DNA from: Mobula birostris
Lineage: Eukaryota
DNA: 64,000 nucleotides
Assembly: GCF_030028105.1 (NCBI RefSeq)
Contig: NC_092371.1
Span: 14,095,884-14,159,883 of the forward strand
Reading direction: 5' to 3'
Shown piece by piece: positions 24,035 through 36,908 of this stretch; position 1 is the stretch's first letter, and each line of letters begins with the position of its first letter. The translations under genes and the position numbers were made by a program. Below the pieces are notes generated by a model that worked only from the letters and a program-made list of their open reading frames with translations, did no database searches and was not told the DNA's origin.

Positions 24035-25340
24035 GGGTGAGATGTTTCGGGCTGAGACCCTTTATCAGGTCTAGAGAAAATGTTGAGTATTCAGAGTCTG
24101 AAGGATAGGGGGAGAAAAGTAGAAACACAACCTGATGGGTGAATCCGGGGGGTGGGGTGGGTGGGGAGGTGATGTGTAGTTAAGAGCTGGGAAGTTGATT
24201 GGTGATAGAGATAGAGGGTGGGAGAAGTGGTAGTGTGACAGGAGAGGAGTGAAAACCATGGAGGGAAGAACAGTGGTAGGAGCACTAGAGGAAGATGATG
24301 GACCGATAAAGTGAGACAGGGAAATAGGAATGGGGAATGGTGAAGGAGGGGTTGAGGGCAGTGGGCTTCTGGAAGTTCAAAAAATCGACGCTCACGCCAC
24401 CAGGTTGGAGGGCCCTCGGACGGAAGATAAAGCGTTGCTCTCTAGCCTGGGTGTGGCCTCATCGTGACAGTAGAGGAGGCCATGGACTGACATGTCGAGA
24501 TTGGAATGGGAAGTGGAAATAAACTGCGTGAACATTGGGAGATCCCGCTTTTTCTGGCGTAGGAGCACGGCGAAGGGGTCTCCGAATCTAACTTGGGTGT
24601 CACCGACATTCAGGAGGCTGCACCGGGAACAACAGATACAGTAAATGACCGGAACAGTCTCACAATTGAAGCATCGCCTCACCTGGAAGGACTGTTTGGG
24701 GCCCTGAATGGTAGTGATGGAGGAGGTGCAGTGGCCGGCGTAGCACTTGCCGCTCGCAAGTATAACTACCCGGAAGGAGATCAGTGTGGAGGGTTGAATG
24801 ATCAAGGAAGTCGCATACAGCGCCATAACTGCTGGAAACCAGAAATTTGAGAGGGGAAGAGGGAAAGGTGCTTGGCGCTGGGATCCCGTTGGGGATGGCG
24901 GAAGCTACAGAAAAGCGTGCTGGACGCCAAGGCTGGTCGTGTGGTAGGTGAGGACAAGCTGAACCCTATCCCTGATAGGGTGGCGGCGGAATGGGGTGAG
25001 GGCCGACGTGCTTGAAATGGAAGTGATGCGGTTGAGGGCAGCGTCGATGGTGGAGGATGAGAAGCTCCTTTCTTTGAAGCAGGACGACATCTTCGTTCTC
25101 ATCCTGAGAAGAGATGTGGTGGAGACGGAGGAATCGAGAGAAGGTGGTGGCACTTTTACAGGTAACTGCGTGAGAAGAGCTATTGTCCAGGTAGCTGTGA
25201 GAGTCAGTGGGTTTATAGTAGACATCAGTAGATAAGTTTGTCTCCAAAGATTGAGAGAAAGAGATTGAGAAAGGAGGCGGAGGTGTCGGAAATAGACGAA
25301 GTAAATTTGAGGGCACCGTGGAAGTTGGAGAAAAGGTGAT
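24035..25340 (-). mobile_element. Penelope-like element fragment (RT C-terminus + GIY-YIG)
   Basis: TDVYYKPTDSHSYLD..H...CK, TTIQGPKQSFQVR..F.C....VIYCI.CSRC.LL.VG.T..R.GD.F; degenerate hammerhead at 24041-24071. Confidence 0.9.
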
Positions 25341-25479
25341 GAGGTCGGCGTGCTCCCTAATCACGAAGTATGTCTGAATTAGCAGAAGACGACAAAGTGT
25401 GATAACCCTTCAGGCAGGAAAGAAATAAACAGTCAATGAATGTCTGAAAGAATGTGTCGAAGTGAAGGATGGCACCAGT

Positions 25480-25870
25480 CGAGAGTATGGCCCTTTTGGT
25501 AAACTCAGATTTGTGAATGAACCTCTTGGTGTTTACGTGAACTTTAGCAAAATCTTTGTCAAGGATCCGCATGGTAAGCTGGTTCGGAAGCTTGTAAAAC
25601 ATAAGGCACGGGATGAGGGAGCCAATTACCTAAAAAGTGTTTGCGTGGCATTGGATTGAGAGCGGTAGTGAAGCATTCTTTTACGCACTGGAGGACTGCT
25701 ACCAATTGTGTAAAACAGCGACATGTGCTGACTCTACGATTGCTCGGCTATAATAACCATTTGGATGCGAAAGTAGTTGGAATACTTGGCATCTTGCACT
25801 CTGGGATGATAAGCTACAATAACTTCCGCGTCAATTTGCAAGAACCTGGGGAGTGTTGTAGAACAGATAG
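25480..25870 (+). mobile_element. Ancient CR1 RT remnant
   Basis: VYVNFSKIFVKDPHGKLVRK is a decayed VYMDFSKAFDKVPHGRLVRK; copy at about 51970-52370. Confidence 0.7.
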
Positions 25871-26189
25871 AGCGAAGGACGCCAGTGGCAAAATGAATGA
25901 TCCTGAATCACGTTATGCCCATACATATATCAATTCCAGCCTGGAATCTGGCGAGGCTATTAGAGAGTGAACTTCATCAGCTGTCAGTTCCTGACTGAAC
26001 AGGGTGATATCACATTTTCTCATCCTGTCCACCATCGCTGAATCCCCACATCACCACCCCCAGCTCAACAGAGGAGGCAGACTTTGCATCCCTTTTGCTT
26101 TCAATTCAGTAATGTGTAATGTGATCGTCTCTCATTTCCCTAAACTTCAGAGAGCTTGACGTCTTCTTCTCAGCCTGTAAGGAAAAGTA

Positions 26190-27010
26190 AGTTCGGCATC
26201 GAAGTTCATACATGTCATCATATACTCCTACGGGATTCATTTTCTTGTGGACATTCAGAGTAAATAAAAAAAAAAGAAGCACAAATGAATCAATGAACAA
26301 CGGCAGGCAATAAAGAGGGACAATGAACCAGCAATGAAATAGCAATAATAATTAAGAACATGAGTTAAAGAGCTCTTGATAGTGTCCATAGGTGGTGGAA
26401 TCATTTCCTTATTTTTGTGAATGAAGTTGAGTGAACTTGATCTCTCTGTTTCAAGAATCTGATTGTAGAGGGTGATAACTGTTCCACAACTGTTCATAGC
26501 GTTGTGGGACCTTGGGCTCATGTACATCCTTCTCATGGCAGCAACGTGAAGAGAGAAAGGCTTGCATAGTGGGGTTGGTGGGGGGGGGGGGCGGTCCTTG
26601 ATGATGGTTGCTGCTTTCATGCGACTGGTCAGCTTTAGGTGTGCTTAATAGTGAGGAGGGCTTTACCTGTGATGGACTCGGCTTTATCCACTACTCTCAA
26701 GGGTACTGGTGTTACCATAGCAGGGAGCGATACAGGCCGTCAATATAGATCAATCGCGCATCTATGGAAGTTTGTAAGAGTTTTAGATATCATATCAAAG
26801 CTTTCTAAACTTCGATGAAAGTGGGAACCCTGCAGTTACTTCTTTGTAATGACGGTTGTGGGTTGGACCCTGAACAGAAATGATAACTTCTCTGATCTCC
26901 TGATGAGGTCTGGCTGAAGGATCTCCGACTTCCTCCCCCAGTAGTCAATAATCTGTTCTTTGTTTTTGCTGATATTTAGTGAGAGGTTGTTGGTGTGGCA
27001 CTCTTCAGCC
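26190..27010 (-). mobile_element. Rex1/Babar-type 3' remnant
   Basis: Reverse tail plus 'KAATIIKD..HP...LFSL..' motif; copy at about 52690-53530. Confidence 0.65.
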
Positions 27011-30000
27011 AGATAAGGTCATGTGTTTGAGTCAGCCCTCTCCCCAAGGGAAGCAATGTTTGCACGACCAACATGGAGACTTAGATCCGAAGACCAGTGG
27101 TAGATATGTTCAACAATCTGCCAGAGGTAGCGGTAGACGGAAGTAAAATTGTGCGGTTTAGAAGAAATCCGGGCAGTTAGACGGATATTATCATTTTATG
27201 GTGACATTAATCAAACGCATACAAATGGGATGAGCGCAGTTAGGAAACTTGGCCGGCATGGACAGGTTCGGCAGAAAGGCCTATTCCTGTGCTGTATAAC
27301 TCTGTAAGTTTAAATATCGCGGTTGTCAAGGACAGAGAATTAGTGTCATCTTTGGTTGTCAGTGATGCTCAACAAAAACGACTTATATGGCTTATAATAA
27401 ATATTAATTATTTTATGGACTGACATGTAAGGAGAAAATATGTTTGAAGTTAGTAACAAGGAATAAACCTAAGGATCAATTATATCCTTCGCAGGTTAAT
27501 AACATCAAAGTACAATAAGCTTTCAGGGAACTATTGTTGGCTTTTTCCAAGGAGTTTGAGGACGGGCCATTTTGTTTGGATGACAATTGTTCAGTACAGG
27601 AAACAGGTGTGTCTTCGGATCGAATTGCCTCAGGCTGATCATGCTCTCTGACCCGTAATGACAGCTGGGAAAGGGAAACCCAAGAAGTTCGGGGAACTGA
27701 AAGGTGAATACATCGAAAGACAGGATAATGAGTCGATTATAAAGAGGACGCAAAATCTCTTCCCTCTGGATTGGTGATGGGGGAATAGGATGAACAACGA
27801 TGACGTAACTCAATTCAGTCAGGGCCGGTCAATTTTCTCTCCAAATGCCCGTGCATTTTCAGTCGCCGACCATAGTCCAGGATGGGATGGATAGATGTGA
27901 TTCGCCGTGATTCAGTGCTGCGGATATCGGCTCGGCAGTGCTGGGGTTATGACCATTTCAGATCTTGGATAACAGCGAGGCAGGTGCGCGGGGTCCATGC
28001 GTGATCTTACATATTCCCCTGTATGTCCGGTATTGAAATATTTATCGGTTTTCTCAGATCCGTTTGCAGGATGTGGGAAGTCAGGGCGAGCACAAACGTC
28101 CCGAATAACTACACCTGCGAAAGGTGCATCCAGCTGCAGCTCCTGACAAACCGGGTTAGGGAACTGGCGCTGGAGCTGGATGAAATTCGGATCATTCGGG
28201 AGGTAGAGGCAGAAATAGAGAGGAGTTACAGGGAAATAGTCACCCTTAGGAGTCAGGAGACAGGTAGCTGGGTGACTGCCTGGAGAGGGAGGGGAATTGA
28301 CAGAATGAGCAGAGAACCCCTGAGGCCGTTCCCAGCAATAATAAGTACATCGTTTTGGATACTGTTGATAGGGACGACCTACTAGGGACAAGTTGCAGTG
28401 GTTGCGTCTCTTGCACCGATATGGGACCCTCAACTCAGCAGGGAAAGAGGGAAAAGAAGCGAGCAGTAGTAATAGGGAATTCGATAGTTCGGGGGACAGG
28501 TAAGAGGTTCTGTGGAAGAGATAGTGAATCCCGGATGGTCTGTTGCCTCCCTGGTGCCAGGCTCCGCGATATCTCGGATCGAATTCTCGGTATTCTCAAG
28601 TGGGAGTGTGAGCAGCCGGATGTCGTGGGACCAATGACGTGGGTAGGAAAAGTGAGGAAAACCTGAAAGGTGAGTCCAGGGAGTAAGGAGCCAAGTTAAA
28701 GGGAAGGACCTCCAGGAACTCCAGGACAGCAATCTCAGGATTTCTACCAGTGCAACTTGCAGGCGGGTTAAGAAATAGTAAGATAGCGCAGATCAACACG
28801 TGGCTGAAGACATGGTGCAGGAAGGAGGGCTTCAGATTTATAGATAATTGTGCAGTTTTCCAGGGAAGGTGGGACCTGTTCCGGCGGGACGATCTACAGC
28901 TGAACTGGAGGGGGACAAATATTTTTGCAGGTCGGTTTGCTAAAGAGGTCCGGTAGATATAAACTACATACGAGGGGGTAGGGGAACCAGGACGTAGGAA
29001 CAGATGCAGGGAAGAAGGAAGAAAAAGAAAATAGTAAAGTTATTTCAACAATTAGTGATAAACCGTGTGTAAGTGGTTAAACATTTCTTAAATACGTTCA
29101 TTTGAATGATAGGAGCATTATAAGAAAGGTGGATGAGCTTAAAGCCTGGATTGATACCTGGAAGTATGATGTGGTAGCTATTAGTGAAACATGGATACAG
29201 GAGGGGTCTGATTGGCAACTAAATATTCCTGGATTTAATTGCTTCCCGTATGTTAGAATCGGAGGGACAAGAGTGGGAGGTGTTGCATTGCTTGTCAGAG
29301 AAAATACTACAGCGGTGCTCTGGCAGGATAGATTAGAGGGTTCGTCTCGGGAGGATATTTGGGTGGAATTGAGGAATGGGAAAGGTGTATTATAGACCGC
29401 TAAATGGGGAGCAAGTATTGGAGGAGCAAATTTGTAAGGAGATAGCAGATATTTGTAGTAAGCACAGGGTTGTGTTTGTGGGAGATTTTAATTTTCCACA
29501 CATAGACTGGGAAGCCCATACTGTAAAAGGGCTGGATGGTTTGGAGTTTGTAAAATGCGTGCAGGACAGTTTTTTGCAGAAGTCTATAGAGGTACCATTG
29601 ACAGAAGGGGCAATGTTGGATCTCCTTCTAGGGAATGAGATAGATCAGAAGACGAAGGTTTGTGTTGTGGAGCACTTCGGGTCCAGTGATCACAATGCTA
29701 TTAGTTTCAATATAACTTTGGAGAAGGATAGGTCAGGACCCAGGGTTGAGATTTTTGATTGGAGAAAGGTTAACTTTGAGGAGATGCGAATGGATTTAGA
29801 AGGAGTGGATTGGGACAATTTGTTTTATGGGAAGAATGTAATAGTGAAATGCAGGTCACTTAAAGGCGAAATTTTGAAAGTACAGAATCTTTATGTTCCT
29901 GTTAGGTTGAAAGCAAAAGTTAATCGTTTGAGAGAGCCATGGTTTTCAAGGGATATTGGAAACTTGGTTCGGAAAAAGAAAGATATCTACAATAAATATA

Positions 30001-30782
30001 GGCAGCATGGAGTAAATGAGGTGCTCGAGGAATGTAAAGAATGTGCAAAGGATCTTAAGAAATAAATTAGAAAAGCTGAAAGATGATATGGGGTTGCTTT
30101 AGCAAGTAAGCTGAAAATACATCCCAGAGGTTTCTACCGTTATATTAATAGCAAAAGGATAGTGAGGGATAAAATTGGTCCCTTAGAGAATCAGAGTGGG
30201 CAGTTATGTGTGGAGCCAAAACAGATAGGGGAGATTCTGAATAATTTGCTTTATTCGATATTCACTAAGTAGAAGGATATTGAATTGTGTAGGATAAGGG
30301 AAACAGGTCGGGAAGTTATGGAAACTATGATAATTAAAGAAGAGGAAGTACTGGAGCTTTTAAGGAATGTAAAGGAGGATAAGTCTCCGGGTCCTGACAG
30401 GATATTCCCTAGGACCTTGAGGGAAGTTAGTGTGGAAATAGCAAGGGATGACAGAAATATTTCAAATGTCATTAGAAACTGTGATGGTTCCGGAGGATTG
30501 ACGTGTTGCTCATATTGTTCCATTGTTTAAAAAGGGTTCTAAGACCAAACCTAGCAATTATAGACCTGTGAGTTTGACGTCAGTGGTGGGAAAATTAATG
30601 GAAAGTATTCCTAGAGATGGTATATATAAATAACTGGATAGACAGGATCTGATTAGGCACAGTCAACATGGATTTGTACGAGGAAGGTCACGTTTGACAA
30701 ATTTTATTGAATTTTTTGAATAAGTTACTAGGAAAGTTCACGAGGGTACAGCGGTGGATGTTGTCTATATGGACTTCAGTAA

Positions 30783-32226
30783 TGTCACACTGGAAGGCCT
30801 TGATGCCGACCCAAATGCAAGACACAGACACTGAAGTACACGGAACAGGACTTGACTAGAGTAAGGACGTGACAGGATACAGGCAAGAAGCAGGGACAAG
30901 AATGCACTCTTGGGCTAGCACATGGACAAGACAGGGAACCCGGACAAGGAATTATGCACTAGGAGCCTGGGCTTGGGCTCCGAGCCAGAGACTGGACAAG
31001 GACCCATAACCATGGTCTTGTCTCGGGCTTGGGCCCCAGAACCAGGCAAGGGCATGACATGACCACAGGACAGGACGTGGCTGGGGTCTAGAGCCTTGAG
31101 CTGGGAGACAGGCTGGGGTCTTGAGGCTTGAACTCGGAGACAGGCTGGGGTCTTGAGGCTTGAGCAGGGAGACAGGTTGGGGTCTTGAGGCTTGAGCTGG
31201 GAGACAGGTTAGGTTTTTGAGGCTTGAGCTGGGAGACAGGCTGGAGCATTGAGGCTTGAGCTGGGAGACAGGCTGAAGTGTTGAGGCTTGAGCTGGGAAA
31301 CAGGCTGGGGCCTTGAGGCTTGAGCTGGGAGACAGGCTGGGTCTTGGGTCTTCAGATGCGGAGGCTGATAACTCGGAGGCTGGAAGTCGGAGACAGACTG
31401 GGAACTGTACATAAACATAAAGCCGGGATTTACCCTTCGAAAAGCCGGGAATCATCTTTAATATGACACCAGCATGAGACCGGACAGGACATAGACATAG
31501 AGCCGGGACTTATCCTTAGACACGCCGGGACTCAACTTCATCTCCACACCAAGATGGGACAGGTCCCTGCGTCGGGTAATGGCAGAATGGCCGGACTTAC
31601 CCAATAGAAGCAAAGACAAGACAAACAGGCTCCCCCGCAGGGCAACCGCAGAACGCACTGACTTACCTCACGGAGGCGAGGACAAGACAAGAGAGATCCC
31701 CCTGCAGGGTAACTGCCAAACGGCCTGACTAACTCAACGGAGGCGAGGACAAGAAGAGAAAAACACCAAAGAACGACAGACAGTCCCATCTCTGCACCGG
31801 GGTTGCTCCGAGTCACAGTTATGGCCAGCAACCTAGGCTGTCTATGGAAACAGCCGGATCCCTACCCAGCTCGGAGTGGCTGACGGCCACTCAGCTAGCC
31901 CGGCAAACGGCCAAATCCATATCGCCAAGACGGCTCCGACTACCGACAGCAAGGTTCCATGAAGTGATGGTTCTCTCACGCGGCCTAAAGGTGGCAAGTG
32001 GCCTCTCTAGCCTTCCACCGGCAGATTGCTCCCAGGGAATCTTGAGGAGACCAACCAGCAGCCCACAGTCGTCCCCAAGGCAACTTATATTCCAAGCCAT
32101 CAAGATGGGAATCAGGTACCTATGATTAACTCAACCAAAACAAGGGACAGCGAGAAGACCCGGTGTCCTGATTCCACAGGCCGGAGCGTGAACCGGAATG
32201 CGGACCTCACGGACCGGACCATGACA
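30783..32226 (-). mobile_element. Gypsy-type solo LTR, copy B
   Basis: TGTCA...TGACA termini; flanked by AGTAA (30778-30782) and AGAAA (32227-32231, one mismatch); no internal coding region. Confidence 0.8.
31098..31345. repeat. 32-bp minisatellite, 8 units
   Basis: Unit starts 31098, 31130, 31162, 31194, 31226, 31258, 31290, 31322. Confidence 0.92.
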
Positions 32227-33582
32227 AGAAAGACCTTTGACAACGTCCCACATGGAAGGTTGGCTAGGAAGGTTCAATCTTTAGGGATTAATATTAAAGT
32301 AGTAAGATGGATTCAGCAGTGACTGTGTGGAGACGCCAGAAAGTGGTTGTGGATAATTATTTGTCAGATTGGAGGCCGGTGATTAGTGGCGTGCCTCAGG
32401 GATCTGTACTGGATCCACTGTTATTTGTCATATACATTAATGATCTGGATGATGGGGTAGTAAATTGGATGAGTAAGTATGCAGATGATACGAAGATAGA
32501 TAGAGTTGTGGATAATGTAGTCGATTTTCAAAGCTTGCAGAGAGACTTAGGCCAGTTAGAAGAATGAGCTGAAAGATGGCAGGTGGAGCTTAATGCTGAT
32601 AAATGTGAGGTGCTACATTTTGGTAGGACTAATCAAAATAGGATATACATGGTAAATGGTAGGGCATTGAAGAATGCAGTAGAACAGAGGGATCTAGGAA
32701 TATTGGTGCATAGTTCCCTGAAGGTGGAATCCCATGTGGACAGGATGATGAAGAAAGCTATTGGCATGCTGCCCTTTATGAATCAGAGCATTGAGTATAG
32801 GAGTTGGGATGTAATGTAGCAATTTTAGAAGGCATTGGTGAGGCCAATTTTGGAGTTTTGTGCACAGTTTTGGTCACCGAATTATAGGAAGGATGTCAAC
32901 AATTTAGAGAGAGTACACAGAAGATTTACTAGAATGTTACCCGGGTTTCATCACCTAAGTTACAGAGAAAGGTTGAACAGGTTGGGTCTTTATTCTTTGG
33001 AACGTACAAGGTTGAGGGCGGTCTTGTTAGAGGTATTTAAAATTATGAGGGGGATAGATAGAATTAACGTTGATTGGCTTTTTCCATTGAGAGTGGGGGA
33101 GATTCAAACAAGAGGACATGAGTTCTGAGTTAAATGGCAAAAGTTTAGGGGTAACTTGAAGGGGAATTTCTTTACTCAGAGAGTAGTAGCTGTGTGGAAC
33201 GAGCTTCCTGCAGAAGTGGTTGAGGCAGGTTCGATGTTGTCATTTAAATTTAAATTAGACAGCTATATGGACAAGAAAGGAATGGAGGGTTATTGGCTGA
33301 GTGCAGGTCAGTGGGACTAGGTGAGAGTAAGAGTACGGCACGGACTAGAAGTGCCGAGATGGCTTGTTTCTGCGCTGTAATGGTTAAATGGTTATATTAT
33401 GCTGCGGGTTGATTCAGAGATGGAGAGAGATACCGAGCCCACGATCACCCTCCCGGCTACTCTCAAACCTTTATGTTCCTGTGGTGAGTATTCTGTTCCC
33501 CACTCTCAAAGCTATACATTTATCAAACACAGGGCTGAATCATCATCTCCTGCACCCTGCTCTTTCTCTCTCTCTTTCTGAG

Positions 33583-33614
<32 letters not shown>

Positions 33615-36600
33615 CCCTCCCTCCTCACGCTCTCCTTTCTCTCTCTGCTTCTGCCTCTATCTCCCCTTCCTCCGTCTGTCTCCTAACTGTCTCTCCCTAT
33701 CTCTCACACACAGTCTCTCCGCTCACATTCTTATCTTACTAATTTTGCCTCACTTGCCAGTGCTTTTCCTTTCACCACATCCCCGTTTCCCACCCCGCTC
33801 TCACCGACTCACCCTCTGTCTCTCCGATTTCCCATAACTCATTCAACCTCTCTGTTTCCCTGTCCCTCTGGCGCCCCATTCATCGCTTGTCAGAACTAAT
33901 TACAATTGTGTAAGCTTTTCTTTTCAAGAATTAGTAACAAAATGTGTCTCTTCTCATTACTGCAGTTTCTCAGATTGAGAGAATTTTAAAAAGTTCTGTC
34001 GTATATCATCAACGCCCCCACCTTCGCGGGACGTCGTGTCCGCGCCACCTGCACCACTTCACAAACAGGACAGAAACAGCAGCAATTTGTGTAACTGTCA
34101 CTAAATAAAGGCTGTGCAAACCCCGTCCCGGTCCCGTGGGAAGATGACGCGGTCCGCAGCTGCATCAGTGCCGCTTACAACACAGACAGTTGGACCCTAT
34201 CTATCTATCCGTCCCATCCTCGACTCTGGTCAGCGACTAAAAAAAATCATGGGGCCCTGGGTGAGAAAATTTAAAGCCCCTGACTGAATGAGGGAGAGGT
34301 TAACTGGACTGACCAGTGTCCTACGGTCAGGCCGGGGTTGAGGGAGAATTACCATATCCTAGTTTATGAACGACACGTGGTCATACTTTAATCACCATCT
34401 CCAATTATCTAACAAGAGGAAATCAACAGAACAAGCCTTACACAACCCAAACCGCAGGATAATATTCCACAAATAACAAAGGCCGATGTTTCACAGTGGC
34501 GTTATCAGATAAACGTTGTTATCGTCTCACATAGTTCGAACTTTTAATTCGATGAAATTTCTTCTCATCTATTGCACAGTATCCTAACATGGTGGCAGAA
34601 TGAAGGCTGGGTGGTGATGAACTAAATCATGGACAAGAGAACGGAGATTTGATGTCCCACACGTGACTCACTGTTAATAACATCCTTCATTGAGTGAGGA
34701 TCAGCAACAGAATCAGGTACAATATCACTGTCAAATGTCGTGAAATTTGTTGTTTGTTCCCCAGAGTGCTGAGGACCCGATTAAAATAAACATGGACTGT
34801 CATAGAGTAATAGAGCACCACAACACCGAATCACGCCTTTCGGTCCATCTAGTCTGTTCCAAGCTATTAATATGGTTAGTCCCGTCATTCTGCACTCGGA
34901 CCATCTGCATGCATACCCCGCCCTCCATCCAAATTTCTCTGAAATGTTAAAATCGACCCTCATCCATCACAACTACTGGTAACTCTTTCTACACTCTCAC
35001 CATCCTTTGAGTGAAGAAGATTCTCCCGATGGCCCCTTTAAACATTCCAGATTTCTCCCTTATACCAGACCTCTAGTTGTAGTTTCACCCTATATCATTG
35101 GAAAATAGCCCGCTAATATTTTACCCTTCGTATATCCCGCTGGAGTGGCGTAGTTGGGGACACGAAGATCCACCAGAACTGCCAATGTAAGTACGTAGGA
35201 AAAAGGTTAAAATGGAATTTTAATTTGTGTCAATTTCAAATTCAAAATAGGAACAATCGGTAGTAAATAAATAAAGCGTCGGTAAACGAAAGGCCAACGT
35301 GACACTCTACACTCTTTGCAGGCGGTATGACTAAGAAGGTATTTCCGGTCAAGAAAAAGGCAGAAAGAGAGAGAGAGAGAGGAGAGAAGAAGACTAGAAA
35401 ACATGTTTTTCGGATCTTAGTCATGGAGAGATGCCTAAATCTATAAGTAAGACCATAAGACCATATGACACAGGAGCAGAATTAGGCCATCGGGCCCGTC
35501 GAGTTTGCTCCGGCATTCAATCATGGCTGATCCTTTTTTAAATCTCCTCCTCAACCCCAATAAAAAACCTGTCAATCTCTACCGTAAATACACCGAACGA
35601 CCCGGCCGCAACAGCTGCATATGGAAACAAATTCCACAAATCCAACACCCTTTGTCGAAGGAGAATACTCCACATCTCTGTTTTGAAAGGGCGCCCCTCT
35701 ATCCTGAGGCTGTGCCCATTTGTCCTAGATTCTCCCACCATGGGACACGTCCTTTCCACTATCTCAAGGCCTGTCAACATTCGAAAGGTTCAATGAGATT
35801 CCCCCTCATCCTTCTGGATTCCAGCGAGTACAGACCCAGAGCCATTAAACCTTCCACGAATGATAACCCTTTCATTCCTGGAATCATCATTGTGAACCTC
35901 CTGTGGATCGTCTTCAATGACAGCACATCCTTTCTGAGATGAAGGGCCCGCGCTCTTGTATTCTAGACCGCTTGAAATAAATGCCAACGTAGCATTTGCC
36001 TTCCTCATCACCGACTCAAACTGAAAGTAAAGTTCAGAATGTTCTGCTCAAGGACTTCCAAGTCCCTCTGCATCTCAGGTTCTTCGATTTTCCCACCGTT
36101 TAGAAAATAGACCGCACGTTTATTTCTACTACCCAAAGAGCATGACAATGCATTTTGCAACATTATATTTCATTTGCTACTTTCTTGCCCATTCTCCTAA
36201 CCTGACTAAGTCCTTTGCGCAACACTACCTGTCCCTACACCAATCTTCTTATCATCTGCAAACTTGGCAACAAAGCCATCTATTCCATCAACTAGATCAT
36301 TTATACACAGCATAAAACGAAGTGGTCCCAACACCGACCCCTGCGGAACACCACTAGTCACTGGCAGCCAACCAGAAAAGGATTATTTTATTCCTACTGT
36401 CTGCCTCCTACAAATCAGCCAATGTTCTAATCGTGTTAGTAACTTTCCTGTAATACCATGGGCTCTTAACTTGGTAAGCAGCGTCATGTGTGACACCTTG
36501 TCAAAGGCCTTCTGAAAGTCCAAATATACAACAGCTACTGCATCCCCTTTATCCTATCGCCAATTTCAAAGAATTCCAACAGGTTCGTCAGGCAGGATTC

Positions 36601-36908
36601 TCCCTGATTTTCTCCTATGTTGTCCTGTGTCACCAAGTAGTCCATCACCTCATCCTTAACAATTGACTCTGACATCTTCCTGAACACTGAGGTCAGGCTA
36701 ACTAGTCTATAATTTCATTTCTGCTGCCTTCTTAATTTCTTAAAGAGTGCAATAAGATTTGAAATTTCATGGTCGTGTGGTGCCATGCCAGAGTCCTATT
36801 AGCTTTGAAAGATCATATTTCATGACACCACAGTCTCTAGCGCTACCTCTTTCAGAACACAAGGTTGCAATTCCTCTGGTTCCGGTGACTCATGTACATT
36901 TAGCACCT

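Larger units (their letters stand above)
1..30842. repeat. Segmental tandem duplication unit A (IgL cluster plus shared TE landscape); boundary set arbitrarily at the window start
   Basis: Position 1 'gaacaggac..gactaga' recurs at 30843 and 57146. The order of LTR, CR1s, IgL gene, Rex1 and PLE is the same in each unit. Confidence 0.95.
28065..33397 (+). mobile_element. Near-full-length degenerate CR1 LINE (ORF1 zinc-finger/coiled-coil/esterase, ORF2 APE + RT), split by a solo LTR
   Basis: CRMWEVR..NYTCERCIQLQLL; AVVIGNSIVRG; KYDVVAISETW; GDFNFPHIDW; DKSPGPD; QHGF; MDFS|KAFDKVPH; YADD; 3' tail; many stops. Confidence 0.95.

Noticed and set aside
31098-31345. Regular 32-bp array as CRISPR-like
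   Set aside because: Contiguous units without unique spacers, in vertebrate DNA inside an LTR; a minisatellite.
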